Origin: Salmonella phage SWJM-02
Sequence record: OQ594353.1
Length of the DNA: 24,000 nucleotides
Direction: 5' to 3' (one strand)
The notes below the pieces were generated by a model. The model was not told where the DNA came from. It did no database searches and worked only from the letters and a program-made list of their open reading frames with translations. Made by a program: the position numbers and the translations under genes. This document shows positions 15,948 to 24,000 of this stretch, in pieces. Position 1 is the first letter of the stretch. Each line of letters begins with the position of its first letter.

Positions 15948-16689
15948 CTTGTTGTTCAGGTAAGTTCGCTACGCTTACCTCGCTTTATTCAAGCTGCTTA
16001 CTGTCACCAGTAAGTCCAGACTATATCTTCTACTTATTTCTAAGTAGCGTACCATTTCGAGTCGCTTGACCCTACACCGCTACATTCATCACGGTTAGTC
16101 GTTCGGCATTTAAATGTACTCAAATTCATGTTCAAAGTTATTATGCTCTTTTACACCCTTCAATATTGAAGAGATAGTCTTGCGATTATACCCGAGTATG
16201 TTGGATAACTCTCGTATTGACTTAGCAACAATAACTTCTTTTGTCACTTTGTGTGTAGCCTTCACAGCATATGAACGCTTACAAAACTTGTAGCAACCAT
16301 TCTCATAGCCTTCTTTAACATTCTCAGAATGAGTTCCCCATTCTAAGTTAGAAGCATGGTTGTTCAGTTTGTTATCATCTTTGTGTTTTACAATTGGAAG
16401 ATTGTTAGGGTTAGGTACATACTTTTCAGCAACTAACCTATGGACATACATGTCACGATTCTTCCTTCCATAAAACCTTACTTTCATATAACCAGTGTTG
16501 GATTTCCACTGCGTAAGTTCTACACCATTTTTCCTAAAGACTTTTCCGTCTTCAGTAACATGATAATTTGGCATGTAATACTCCTATTTTATATAGTTTC
16601 TTACATCGTACATCATTTAGCACAGGATTGTCTACACCTGTAGAGTTTCCCTGTTTAGGCACGTTTTAGATGAGCTATAGAGTTTGTTA
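15948..16689 (-). mobile_element. Group I intron (742 nt) inserted in nrdD, td-like core, encoding an HNH endonuclease
   Basis: Exons join ...VISPMG|CRAFLSP.... P1: GATGGGT (exon end, 16690-16696) with GCTCATC (16669-16675), U.G at the splice site. P10: CTCTATA (16676-16682) with exon 2 TGTAGAG. Core: CTAAACAGGGAAAC, GTAGACAATCCTGTGCTAAAT, GAAGATATAGTC; intron ends in G. Confidence 0.92.
16110..16574 (-). CDS. Intron-encoded HNH homing endonuclease-like protein
   Basis: YVHRLVAEKYVPNPNNLPIVKHKDDNKLNNHASNLEWGTHSENVKEG (HNH); C-terminal repeat-like DNA-binding segment KSIRELSNILGYNRKTISSILKG. RBS AGGAG upstream. Confidence 0.88.
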   Translation of the reverse strand: MPNYHVTEDGKVFRKNGVELTQWKSNTGYMKVRFYGRKNRDMYVHRLVAEKYVPNPNNLPIVKHKDDNKLNNHASNLEWGTHSENVKEGYENGCYKFCKRSYAVKATHKVTKEVIVAKSIRELSNILGYNRKTISSILKGVKEHNNFEHEFEYI

Positions 16690-17886
16690 ACCCATCGGTG
16701 AAATTACCTTGCCAGAACGCTCAAAAGCCTCTGCTACAGCACCATGACCAGATACGCTTAAGAAATCTGGATACATAGCTTTAGAGCAACACTCAATAGC
16801 TTTACTGTACAGTTGACCTTGACAGATATTCTCATCGTGTCTCTTCTGGTCATGAATATAAACCAGTTTAGGGAATACAACAGGCTTCTTGCTCTTACCT
16901 TGTCCATTCATGCGAACATCAAGAATGGCGTTTGCAATCATGTATTGTAGTCGGTTGTCTTCATTAGACATGTCTGAATCAAGTAAACCAAATGTTAAAG
17001 TTGTGAATGCGAAATCACCACGGCTGCAAGGTACAGTGTTTAGTTTCATTTCTAGTGACTGGAAACCTTGAGTTAATTCAACCTGTAGCTGCTCCATGAC
17101 ATAATTATGGTAATGTTCTTTAGGAATACCGTAAGATGCTGCTTTCTCAGCATGATATCGTAGAGACTTCTTAGCATACGGTACAAGCACCTTATCAATC
17201 TCTGCTAAAGTAAAACCACCAAATTGCTGTGCAGTTGCTGAAAGAACTACATCACCGATAACTTGTAAGGCTGACAGTACAGACTTCGGTTCACAGTATT
17301 CGATGCCAGACATTTCAAAGCCGCCTTTCAGTACTTTACCAATGTCAAACAAGCAACAGTTAATACCGCCAAAAATCAGGTCTCTCAAATCGTGGATATA
17401 GATAAACCCTTTTTCAATGGATTCAAGTTCCTCTGGTGTTAAATGGTACTGTTTAAAGATTTCTTTAGTCAGGTAACCACGAATAATTGAGCCTTTTGTA
17501 GAAATTAAACTACTGTCAAAGTTAGCGTTTTCACGGTCACCTAAGAAGAGTGTGTCTTTAGTCTTTTGGTAAAGCTCATCCCAATTTTGAGCAACCTCTT
17601 TACGGTAATTTCTGTATGTTGAGTAAGACTCATAAATCTCGTGATTGACTTCTGCCAAAGCACCTTCAACAATACTGTGGATATCATTGACTGAGATGAG
17701 TAAATTATTCTGCTTAGTGGACTTTACCAGAATCCTCATAAATGCTGACTCAAGAGCTTGGGTAACATCTGGTGGGAGTTCTTTATAACCAACCCTATTA
17801 GCTGACTTAGTTACTGCTGCTAAAACTTTTTTGATATCCGGTTCTTCAAGTGAGCCATTCTTTTTAATAATTTGTACTTTGTTCAT
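16690..17886 (-). CDS. nrdD: Anaerobic ribonucleoside-triphosphate reductase NrdD, exon 1 (399 aa; 714 aa after splicing)
   Basis: N-terminal ATP-cone-like VQIIKKNGSLEEPDIKKVLAAV, NrdD core through AEAFERSGKVISPMG; the stop codon TAA is the first three intron bases. Confidence 0.92.
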
Positions 17887-17906
17887 TATTGCCCCTTTAC
17901 ATGCTA

Positions 17907-17930
17907 AAAAGGTCTCCGAAGAGACCCTTT
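17907..17930 (-). terminator. Rho-independent terminator
   Basis: Minus strand GGTCTC-TTCG-GAGACCTTTTT, between the 17935-18141 gene and nrdD. Confidence 0.85.
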
Positions 17931-17934
17931 CATT

Positions 17935-18141
17935 TTAAATCTTTTTAGAAAACTTCGAAAAGAGTTCTTTTAGTTTTTCAGTGATGCCTAGCTGTATCTC
18001 TAGTATTTCAAAGATAACCCATAGTAACATGGCTCCAAACAATGAACCTTGTTCAAAATCAGTAAATAGGTTAACAACAAGCATACCAATCACAATAGCT
18101 GGTGCATCAACAACCAAGCCTTCCCAAATGCGTTTAAGCAT
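17935..18141 (-). CDS. Small membrane protein
   Basis: 68 aa with hydrophobic segments APAIVIGMLVVNLF and LFGAMLLWVIFEIL. Confidence 0.6.
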   Translation of the reverse strand: MLKRIWEGLVVDAPAIVIGMLVVNLFTDFEQGSLFGAMLLWVIFEILEIQLGITEKLKELFSKFSKKI

Positions 18142-18376
18142 TGTTCACCTCTGCCATAAAATTCTGTAGCGTTCCAACAGGCTCTAGGTTTTGACCATTA
18201 GTCTTCATGATGAATGGCATCTGACGAACTGGCATCTGTGCAATATCCATCAGGTCTGACAGTTCATAATCCTGCCCTAACATTCTCACAACATGGTCAA
18301 TACCACGAGCTTTTGCAAAATTCTTTGCAGTCTCACACTGAGGGCATCCAGTTTTGGAGTAAATTACATAAGTCAT
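18134..18376 (-). CDS. Glutaredoxin/thioredoxin-like redox protein
   Basis: 80 aa; VIYSKTGCPQCETAK active site and QMPFIMKTNG cis-Pro region; immediately downstream of nrdB. Confidence 0.85.
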   Translation of the reverse strand: MTYVIYSKTGCPQCETAKNFAKARGIDHVVRMLGQDYELSDLMDIAQMPVRQMPFIMKTNGQNLEPVGTLQNFMAEVNNA

Positions 18377-19449
18377 TAAGGAACCTCTAAAAATCCACTA
18401 TTCAAATCATCTACAACAGTATTCAATAAATACGCACCGTTCTGTTGCTCCTGATTAGCATTCTGCTCTTTATCAATTTCCATCTTCTTAATCATATACT
18501 TCAAAGGTGGTTCTTTAGGAGCTACAAAATCTCTGGGAATGCCAAACATATCATACAGTGGGGCAGCATTATAGTAAACCCACTCATGAAGAAGCTTTGT
18601 ATTTAACCCAACTACAGCGCGTCCTTCGGAGAAGATATAATACGACCATTTTTCTTCGCTTTCAACTACTTCATCTAAGATTACTTTAATCTCTGGAAGA
18701 ATTTGTTGGAAAGCTTTTTGCCACTCATCATCTCTTAAAGTTTCTTTTAAAACTTCAATATCAATTTTAGTGTGAAGGATTTCGTCAAGCATAATTTTCT
18801 GGACAGCTTGAGCAATACCTTGAAATTTATCTTGAGCATCAAGTGCAAAAGTACATGCAAAGGATGCCATGAAAGAGATACCTTCAAGTGCAGTCACTGC
18901 AAATAGACCTTTTAGAATCACTTTATGGAAGTGCAAAGGGTCTTTGTCCAGAAGCGAGTCACGGACATAACTCAGTCGATAGTTTATACCTTCGTCCAGT
19001 AATTCTTCAAGAACACGATTCACAGTTTTTAATCTGTCTTGTACAGCAATGTTCTGGTTAATCTCATCTAAGATTGTTTCAGGATTTTTAATACATTGCC
19101 TTACAATCTCCGAGTAAGTAAGAGCGTGTAGGTTTTCAATCTCAGACTGCTTCATAATTGCAGTTGCATAAATATCATCAGAGATGAATGGTGCAAAGGC
19201 AAATGCTAAACTCTTAGCAACTTGGGTATCTGCTTCCCACTGCCACTTAAGAATCTCAAGCATTACACCTGACATTGATGCTGGTACACTCTCAAAATCA
19301 AGACGTGATTGCTCAAAAGGGAACTCATCTTCTGACCAATCTTGTGCCTTTTGTTGTTTATATAGCTCAAAGATTTTTGGGTAGTGCTTGTTAAGTGAGT
19401 CAAATGTCTTTCTCTCACCACCTAAAAAGATTGGGTGTTGGTTAATCAT
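18376..19449 (-). CDS. nrdB: Class I ribonucleotide reductase small subunit
   Basis: Diiron-type helices (EIENLHALTYSEI, ALEGISFMASFACTFAL, IMLDEILHTKIDIEVL). Preferred start MINQHPIF at 19449 with RBS AAAGGAG, not 19599. Confidence 0.9.
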   Translation of the reverse strand: MINQHPIFLGGERKTFDSLNKHYPKIFELYKQQKAQDWSEDEFPFEQSRLDFESVPASMSGVMLEILKWQWEADTQVAKSLAFAFAPFISDDIYATAIMKQSEIENLHALTYSEIVRQCIKNPETILDEINQNIAVQDRLKTVNRVLEELLDEGINYRLSYVRDSLLDKDPLHFHKVILKGLFAVTALEGISFMASFACTFALDAQDKFQGIAQAVQKIMLDEILHTKIDIEVLKETLRDDEWQKAFQQILPEIKVILDEVVESEEKWSYYIFSEGRAVVGLNTKLLHEWVYYNAAPLYDMFGIPRDFVAPKEPPLKYMIKKMEIDKEQNANQEQQNGAYLLNTVVDDLNSGFLEVP

Positions 19450-19495
19450 AATGTGATTTCTCCTTTCTTTATCATCTCTAAGGCTTGTTTTCTGT

Positions 19496-19702
19496 CTAAA
19501 ATTCCCAATTTTCTTTGTTAAACATGTCATAAGGTCTTGCATAGGTTTTACCATCTGCTGTAGAGATGTAAGAGACACCAGAGACCCATGAGTCATCATT
19601 TTGTTTTATCATCATATCTGTGCTACTTACATAGTACAGCGTTTTCCGAGGTTTGTGGAGCAAGTATATTGGCCACTCGTGATTTGCTATTAAATCTTTC
19701 AT
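19496..19702 (-). CDS. Hypothetical protein (68 aa from MKDLIAN)
   Basis: TTTGGAG RBS upstream of the ATG at 19702; the track start at 19786 would overlap nrdA. Confidence 0.55.
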   Translation of the reverse strand: MKDLIANHEWPIYLLHKPRKTLYYVSSTDMMIKQNDDSWVSGVSYISTADGKTYARPYDMFNKENWEF

Positions 19703-19757
19703 AGTTTCTCCAAAGTTAATTTTAGAGGGTCTTTTACGACCCTCATAGTTATTAAAA

Positions 19758-21992
19758 CTAAACACCACAACCCTCACAATAAGCATCTTGCAGTGCAGAT
19801 TTACCTACACCAATGCGACTGTTAAGGTAGTACATGGTTTTCATACCTACTGAGTTGGCATAAATCATGTACTTCAAAGCCTGAGCCAATGATACCTTCT
19901 TAGACTTTGCGTAGTCAACATAGAAGTCTGAAGAGATAGCTTGACCAGTGAACTTTTGAACAATTGCATAACAATCAATCAGGTCAAAGGTGTCAATATC
20001 CCAAGCAATTTCATAGACATACTTCAACTCTTCGTAATCTGGAACAATAAACAGTACGTTACCAGTTGCAGACTTTTTAGTTAAAATAAAGTCACGAATT
20101 GGATACAAGCCATTTGTCGTATTAGTTGCCAGTGAAGAACTCTCATTAGGCATGTAAGCCTCTAATACAGAGTTACGGATTCCACCGTTTTCTTTAATAC
20201 GTTGTGCTAAGTCATCCCAATCATAACGAAGTTTTGCATCATGCTTCTCATCAATCTTCCTGTTAGCTGTCTTTGGAGGAACCCAACCTTCAGGATACTT
20301 AGTGAACTGCATATACTCAGGTACACCACGTTCTTTAGCAAGTCTTAAAGAAGCTTCGTGTAAGTAGTAAGAGTGCATTTCAGCAAGCTCATGAAGCTTA
20401 GTCTTACCTGCTCTTGAAGAGTAGTTCACATAGTTTTTTGCAAGGTAATGAGCCACATTTGTAAGGCCAATCCCAACAGAACGACGCTTCTGAACATGGT
20501 TGCGCATCGACGGATACGGATAATCCATAAGGTCAATAACGGAGTCAACCATTGCAAGAGCATAATAAGCAACGTCAGCGTATTCATCTTCTGAAATTCT
20601 CCCTGCAACCAAACTAGCTAGGAAGCAAAGAGCTACCTCACCATCCTCTTTCACAGCATCATCTCTGTAAAGGTCTGTCTCTTTCTCAAACCCATACACT
20701 GGCAACACAATTTCCATACAAAGATTGGACATCTTCAAAGGTTCTTTAAATGGTGTATGTGTGTTTGCATTATTTGTGAAGAATGGATACACACGGCCTG
20801 TTGCATAACGCTGCTGGATAAACAGTTTAGCAATTTCACGAGCCTTCACCCGTCTGTGTTTAACACCTGAATGTACTGCGTGACCAACTGCCATAGCAAA
20901 CTCATCAGCAGATGCTGTGTAGAACATGTCATAGAGTTTTGGTGCATCCTTGTAAGAGAATAGCAACCAGTCTGTATCATACTGAACACACTGCCAGAAA
21001 TAATCATTTGTACCAAATGAGTAGTCCATCTCGTTAATACGTTTCGAAGGAACCGTTGTAGGGTGCTTCAAACGCAGTAAATCTTCAATCTGCGGGTCTA
21101 GAGCGGTGTAGAAGTTGTTAGCTGAACCACCACGGCTCTTCTGTTTATTTGCCTCTACAGATGAACGTACAAGCTTGTAATAAGGCAGTTTACCCATATG
21201 CTCAATAGTGTTTTGACGGATACCATCACCAATAGTTCGAGTCTCCATCAGCATACCAATACCAGCTTGCTTTGTGGTCATGTCATAGGCAACCTTTGCG
21301 GCAATACCTAGAGATTCAGCAGTATCATTCGCCTTAATCAAACAGCATGACGCATAACCTGATTTAGTAGCTCTTAAACCATTCAGATAAGGCGTAGGAG
21401 CATTAATCTTCAGGTCAGATAGGTAAGTGTACAGCTTGATAACATCTTGCAGTCTGCGGTGCTTTGGTTGCTTCTCAAAGGCTTTCATAGCCATACCCAT
21501 AAACATAAATTGTGGTGACTCAAAAAGTCTTCCTGTTTTAATATCACGGATACCATACTTGTCTCTGAACTGTTTCAAGACTGCATAACCGTAAGAGATA
21601 TCTTTTGAGTGCACGATATAACCTTGCAGGTATTCAAGCTCTTCCTGAGAATAGTCCATCTTCTCCCAAAGCCCTGCTCTCTCCATATTTTTAACGAAGG
21701 TGACCAGCGTAGGAACCTTAGTAAAGCCTCCAAAGGCTTCTTTGTAGATAATACCCAGAAGTAGTCGTCCAGCCATGTCTGAGTACTCTTGAGTTTGTTT
21801 ATCAACACAAACATCAATCATGGCTTGGTGCATCTCTTTTGTAGTGCAACCCTCATAGACACGTTTCATAGCTTCCATAGTGACTTCTGACCAGATAATA
21901 CCACGCTTATCTGCCCATGATGCCCACTTATTCAGTCTTTCTGGGTCAAAGTTTACTACTGTACCGTTTGATTTTTTAATTGTCTTAATCAT
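19758..21992 (-). CDS. nrdA: Class I ribonucleotide reductase large subunit
   Basis: 744 aa; SGYASCCLIKANDTAESL, NLCMEI, MPNESSSLATNTTNGLYPIRD, MKTMYYLNSR, C-terminal CEGCGV. Confidence 0.95.
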   Translation of the reverse strand: MIKTIKKSNGTVVNFDPERLNKWASWADKRGIIWSEVTMEAMKRVYEGCTTKEMHQAMIDVCVDKQTQEYSDMAGRLLLGIIYKEAFGGFTKVPTLVTFVKNMERAGLWEKMDYSQEELEYLQGYIVHSKDISYGYAVLKQFRDKYGIRDIKTGRLFESPQFMFMGMAMKAFEKQPKHRRLQDVIKLYTYLSDLKINAPTPYLNGLRATKSGYASCCLIKANDTAESLGIAAKVAYDMTTKQAGIGMLMETRTIGDGIRQNTIEHMGKLPYYKLVRSSVEANKQKSRGGSANNFYTALDPQIEDLLRLKHPTTVPSKRINEMDYSFGTNDYFWQCVQYDTDWLLFSYKDAPKLYDMFYTASADEFAMAVGHAVHSGVKHRRVKAREIAKLFIQQRYATGRVYPFFTNNANTHTPFKEPLKMSNLCMEIVLPVYGFEKETDLYRDDAVKEDGEVALCFLASLVAGRISEDEYADVAYYALAMVDSVIDLMDYPYPSMRNHVQKRRSVGIGLTNVAHYLAKNYVNYSSRAGKTKLHELAEMHSYYLHEASLRLAKERGVPEYMQFTKYPEGWVPPKTANRKIDEKHDAKLRYDWDDLAQRIKENGGIRNSVLEAYMPNESSSLATNTTNGLYPIRDFILTKKSATGNVLFIVPDYEELKYVYEIAWDIDTFDLIDCYAIVQKFTGQAISSDFYVDYAKSKKVSLAQALKYMIYANSVGMKTMYYLNSRIGVGKSALQDAYCEGCGV

Positions 21993-22010
21993 TTTTCAAT
22001 CCTACAGATG

Positions 22011-22033
22011 AAAAGAGCCTCCGAAGAGGCTCC
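22011..22033 (-). terminator. Rho-independent terminator
   Basis: Minus strand GAGCCTC-TTCG-GAGGCTCTTTTC. Confidence 0.8.
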
Positions 22034-22038
22034 CTAGT

Positions 22039-22377
22039 TTAAATCTTGAAAATTTGCTCATTCTGCCACATATCGTAAAACTTATCACTTACCTTTGTGA
22101 CTGAAGAAGTGTGCATACAATTCAGGGAGAACCATGATGATGTATTATTATCCATAATTGTTTCAAGTTTTTGTGTAATGTTCACATCCATGTCTGCAAC
22201 AACATAATTACCTCGCATCTTGCAAACAATTCGTCCAAACAAGATTGCACTTCTGCCTCTTCGGTCATCACAGTACATAACTGTGTCCCCGTGCTTAACA
22301 TCTTGTCCGATACTATCAACACCTAATTTAGCACCTGAGATAATGTCATCATAAGATAGCTTTTTTGCTTTAGACAC
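22039..22377 (-). CDS. Hypothetical protein
   Basis: 112-aa ORF followed by a terminator. Confidence 0.65.
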   Translation of the reverse strand: MSKAKKLSYDDIISGAKLGVDSIGQDVKHGDTVMYCDDRRGRSAILFGRIVCKMRGNYVVADMDVNITQKLETIMDNNTSSWFSLNCMHTSSVTKVSDKFYDMWQNEQIFKI

Positions 22378-22702
22378 GGTATTTCTCCAAGTTTCTTTTT
22401 AGATATAACCAACCGTAGTCAGTCCTTTCTACACCCATAAAGAGCGGAGCCATCACAACTTTACCAAAAGTATTTCTGTGTTGGCAGATTTCAAATGAAT
22501 ACTCTTTCTCAATATCAATCCCATATTTGTACAGGACTGCTTTTAAAACTTGTTCATTATCCAGAAGTGTATCTGGAGTCTCACCATACTTCTCAAGTAA
22601 CGGGTCATTCATAAATACCGTCATAGAGATATTGTAGTTTGAGAAGTGGCTCTTCTGAGCCACACCTTCTTTATTAATGTTCTGTGAATCCATTATAACC
22701 AA
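22370..22702 (-). CDS. Hypothetical protein
   Basis: 110-aa ORF; start may be the internal MDSQN. Confidence 0.6.
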   Translation of the reverse strand: MVIMDSQNINKEGVAQKSHFSNYNISMTVFMNDPLLEKYGETPDTLLDNEQVLKAVLYKYGIDIEKEYSFEICQHRNTFGKVVMAPLFMGVERTDYGWLYLKRNLEKYRV

Positions 22703-23429
22703 CCCCTTTTAACCAGCACTTCAGGTTATTAGCATCATAATTCAGTTTCGGGTATGAGGTTACATGGAACTGCTCACCATCGTAGTAGACAATATCTGCA
22801 ATCCATAGTCCATTCTCTTTACAGAAATCTTTATCTGCTTTAGAGGTAATTGGATTAACTTCTACAAAACCATCTACACCCAAATCCTTTAAGCTACCTA
22901 CAATACCTTTGCAGATAACGCATGTCTCAGATACTACCACAAAAAGTTCTTGGCTTTCAAGTTCTACAATGTATTCACCAAGCTGTACTTTAGGGAGATT
23001 TGATTGCTTCATAATCTTCCCATCGGCTGCACGAACAATCGCATACCACTCTTTACCATCAACTACTGACATTCTGATAATACACTCTTGACCAGTACGC
23101 TTCTCAATATCTGCAAGACGTTTTAAAGCTTCTTCGTAGTCATCTGTGTACTTCAGGTCATTATTATGGCAAACAGCTTTCATAGCACCGTTATGGTCAT
23201 GTTGTGACAGGTAAATCAAACCGTCAAGGACATATTGTAAATCTGCCTGAGCATCCAGTGTCTCAATGGGGTCTTTCTCTTCAATTGCTTTTATAAGCTC
23301 TTTTGCTTCTTCAAGCATACATAAAGATTGAGGCTTTAAAGATTCCCAATACTCGTCACTGTAAGGTTGCTTTTGAGTGTTTCCACAACGAAGGTTCCAG
23401 TTTTTTACTGATTCTCTTGAGTTAAACAT
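22674..23429 (-). CDS. Two-part protein: MazG/NTP-pyrophosphohydrolase-like N-terminus plus CxxC thioredoxin-like C-terminus
   Basis: EEAKELIKAIEEKDPIETLDAQADLQYVLDGLIYL (MazG-like EExxE...D pattern); later VVSETCVICKGIVGSLKDLGV...FVEVNP. Confidence 0.55.
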   Translation of the reverse strand: MFNSRESVKNWNLRCGNTQKQPYSDEYWESLKPQSLCMLEEAKELIKAIEEKDPIETLDAQADLQYVLDGLIYLSQHDHNGAMKAVCHNNDLKYTDDYEEALKRLADIEKRTGQECIIRMSVVDGKEWYAIVRAADGKIMKQSNLPKVQLGEYIVELESQELFVVVSETCVICKGIVGSLKDLGVDGFVEVNPITSKADKDFCKENGLWIADIVYYDGEQFHVTSYPKLNYDANNLKCWLKGVGYNGFTEH

Positions 23430-23668
23430 TCGGACTCCTTAAAATATTTGTTAACATTTAGCTCTCGCGTTTCAATATATTCCAGATGCTCACATAGCTC
23501 TTGACGTTTAAGCATTAGGTGCTGCATTTGAGATTCAACAGCTTCAACTTCTTTGATTATTGACTCTCTGGCATTTGCAAGAATGCGCTCAAGTTCTTCA
23601 ATCTTGCTGTCAACTTTTGCTACATGGCTCACAGCTTTACTTTTGTTAAACATTTTATTTTCTCTCAA
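23405..23668 (-). CDS. Hypothetical protein, coiled-coil-like
   Basis: 87-aa ORF rich in E/K/L heptad-like segments. Confidence 0.55.
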   Translation of the reverse strand: MRENKMFNKSKAVSHVAKVDSKIEELERILANARESIIKEVEAVESQMQHLMLKRQELCEHLEYIETRELNVNKYFKESECLTQENQ

Positions 23669-23674
23669 TAGTTA

Positions 23675-23956
23675 TCAAGCACAATTTGCTTTCATTACCT
23701 TATGGATTCTTTTTTCAGCATCTTCATAAGTTTCTTTAGTAATAAACTTAATTGCTGCAATATTGGCATTGTAGAAGAGTCTGAGCTTAGAGTCAATCCT
23801 TTTTGTCATTACATCGAATTTGTGTTGAAGGTTTGCTTCACCATAAACTAGACCACCTTTCGTGTAGTAGGTTTGGATAATGTAAAAGTCAAAAAATTCT
23901 TTTCCAAAGCTCTCAATATCTTTTTTAATATACTCAGAAGAAGTCTCATAAGTCAT
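23675..23956 (-). CDS. Hypothetical protein
   Basis: 93-aa ORF. Confidence 0.55.
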   Translation of the reverse strand: MTYETSSEYIKKDIESFGKEFFDFYIIQTYYTKGGLVYGEANLQHKFDVMTKRIDSKLRLFYNANIAAIKFITKETYEDAEKRIHKVMKANCA

Positions 23957-24000
23957 CCAATCGCTCTCCTTAGTGACTACCTTCTTCCGAGTCTTGCCAG

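Noticed and set aside
15948-16689. Intein rather than intron in NrdD
   Set aside because: Exon 1 meets a stop codon at once, the endonuclease has its own RBS and start, and no intein splicing motifs are seen.
15000-17886. nrdD as a frameshifted or truncated pseudogene
   Set aside because: The interruption has group I core motifs, P1/P10 pairing and an exact in-frame exon join, so an intron explains it fully.
19450-19599. N-terminal 50 aa extension of NrdB in the ORF track
   Set aside because: A strong RBS precedes the internal ATG at 19449, and the extension overlaps another gene and looks unrelated to NrdB.
1-24000. tRNA genes or an abortive-infection/restriction system
   Set aside because: No cloverleaf-like sequence or recognisable defence enzyme was found by eye; a tRNAscan or DefenseFinder run was not possible.

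Overview
This 24-kb window is densely packed with genes, almost all on the minus strand, and looks like the accessory/nucleotide-metabolism region of a large lytic tailed phage. A T5-like relative is my guess, but no structural gene is visible to prove it. Reading in the direction of transcription (high to low coordinates): small hypotheticals; a MazG-like/CxxC protein; nrdA; nrdB; a glutaredoxin-like protein; nrdD, split by a group I intron that encodes an HNH endonuclease; nrdG with an extended C-terminus; a very basic small protein; a free-standing HNH protein; a PRPP-synthetase-like gene followed by a NAMPT-like gene; a small unannotated membrane-anchored zinc-finger ORF; rIIA-like and rIIB-like genes; a lysis-related set (secreted SLT-like muramidase, Rz/Rz1-like overlapping spanins); and a macro-domain protein. 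The window ends in a non-coding tract with imperfect repeats. Most interesting: (1) the Prs-like/NAMPT-like pair, with an ~85-aa insertion in the NAMPT homologue and no NMN adenylyltransferase visible, fits an NAD+ reconstitution (NARP1-type) anti-defence module, and a macro-domain protein lies in the same region; (2) the nrdD intron can be placed at nucleotide level, because P1 and P10 pairings plus td-like core motifs agree on the exon junction, which lies directly before a conserved Cys codon; (3) a 58-aa TM + CxxCxGxG ORF is absent from the ORF track; (4) UUCG-type hairpins recur between genes, including inside the rIIA/rIIB and Prs/NAMPT pairs. No tRNA or CRISPR was recognised.
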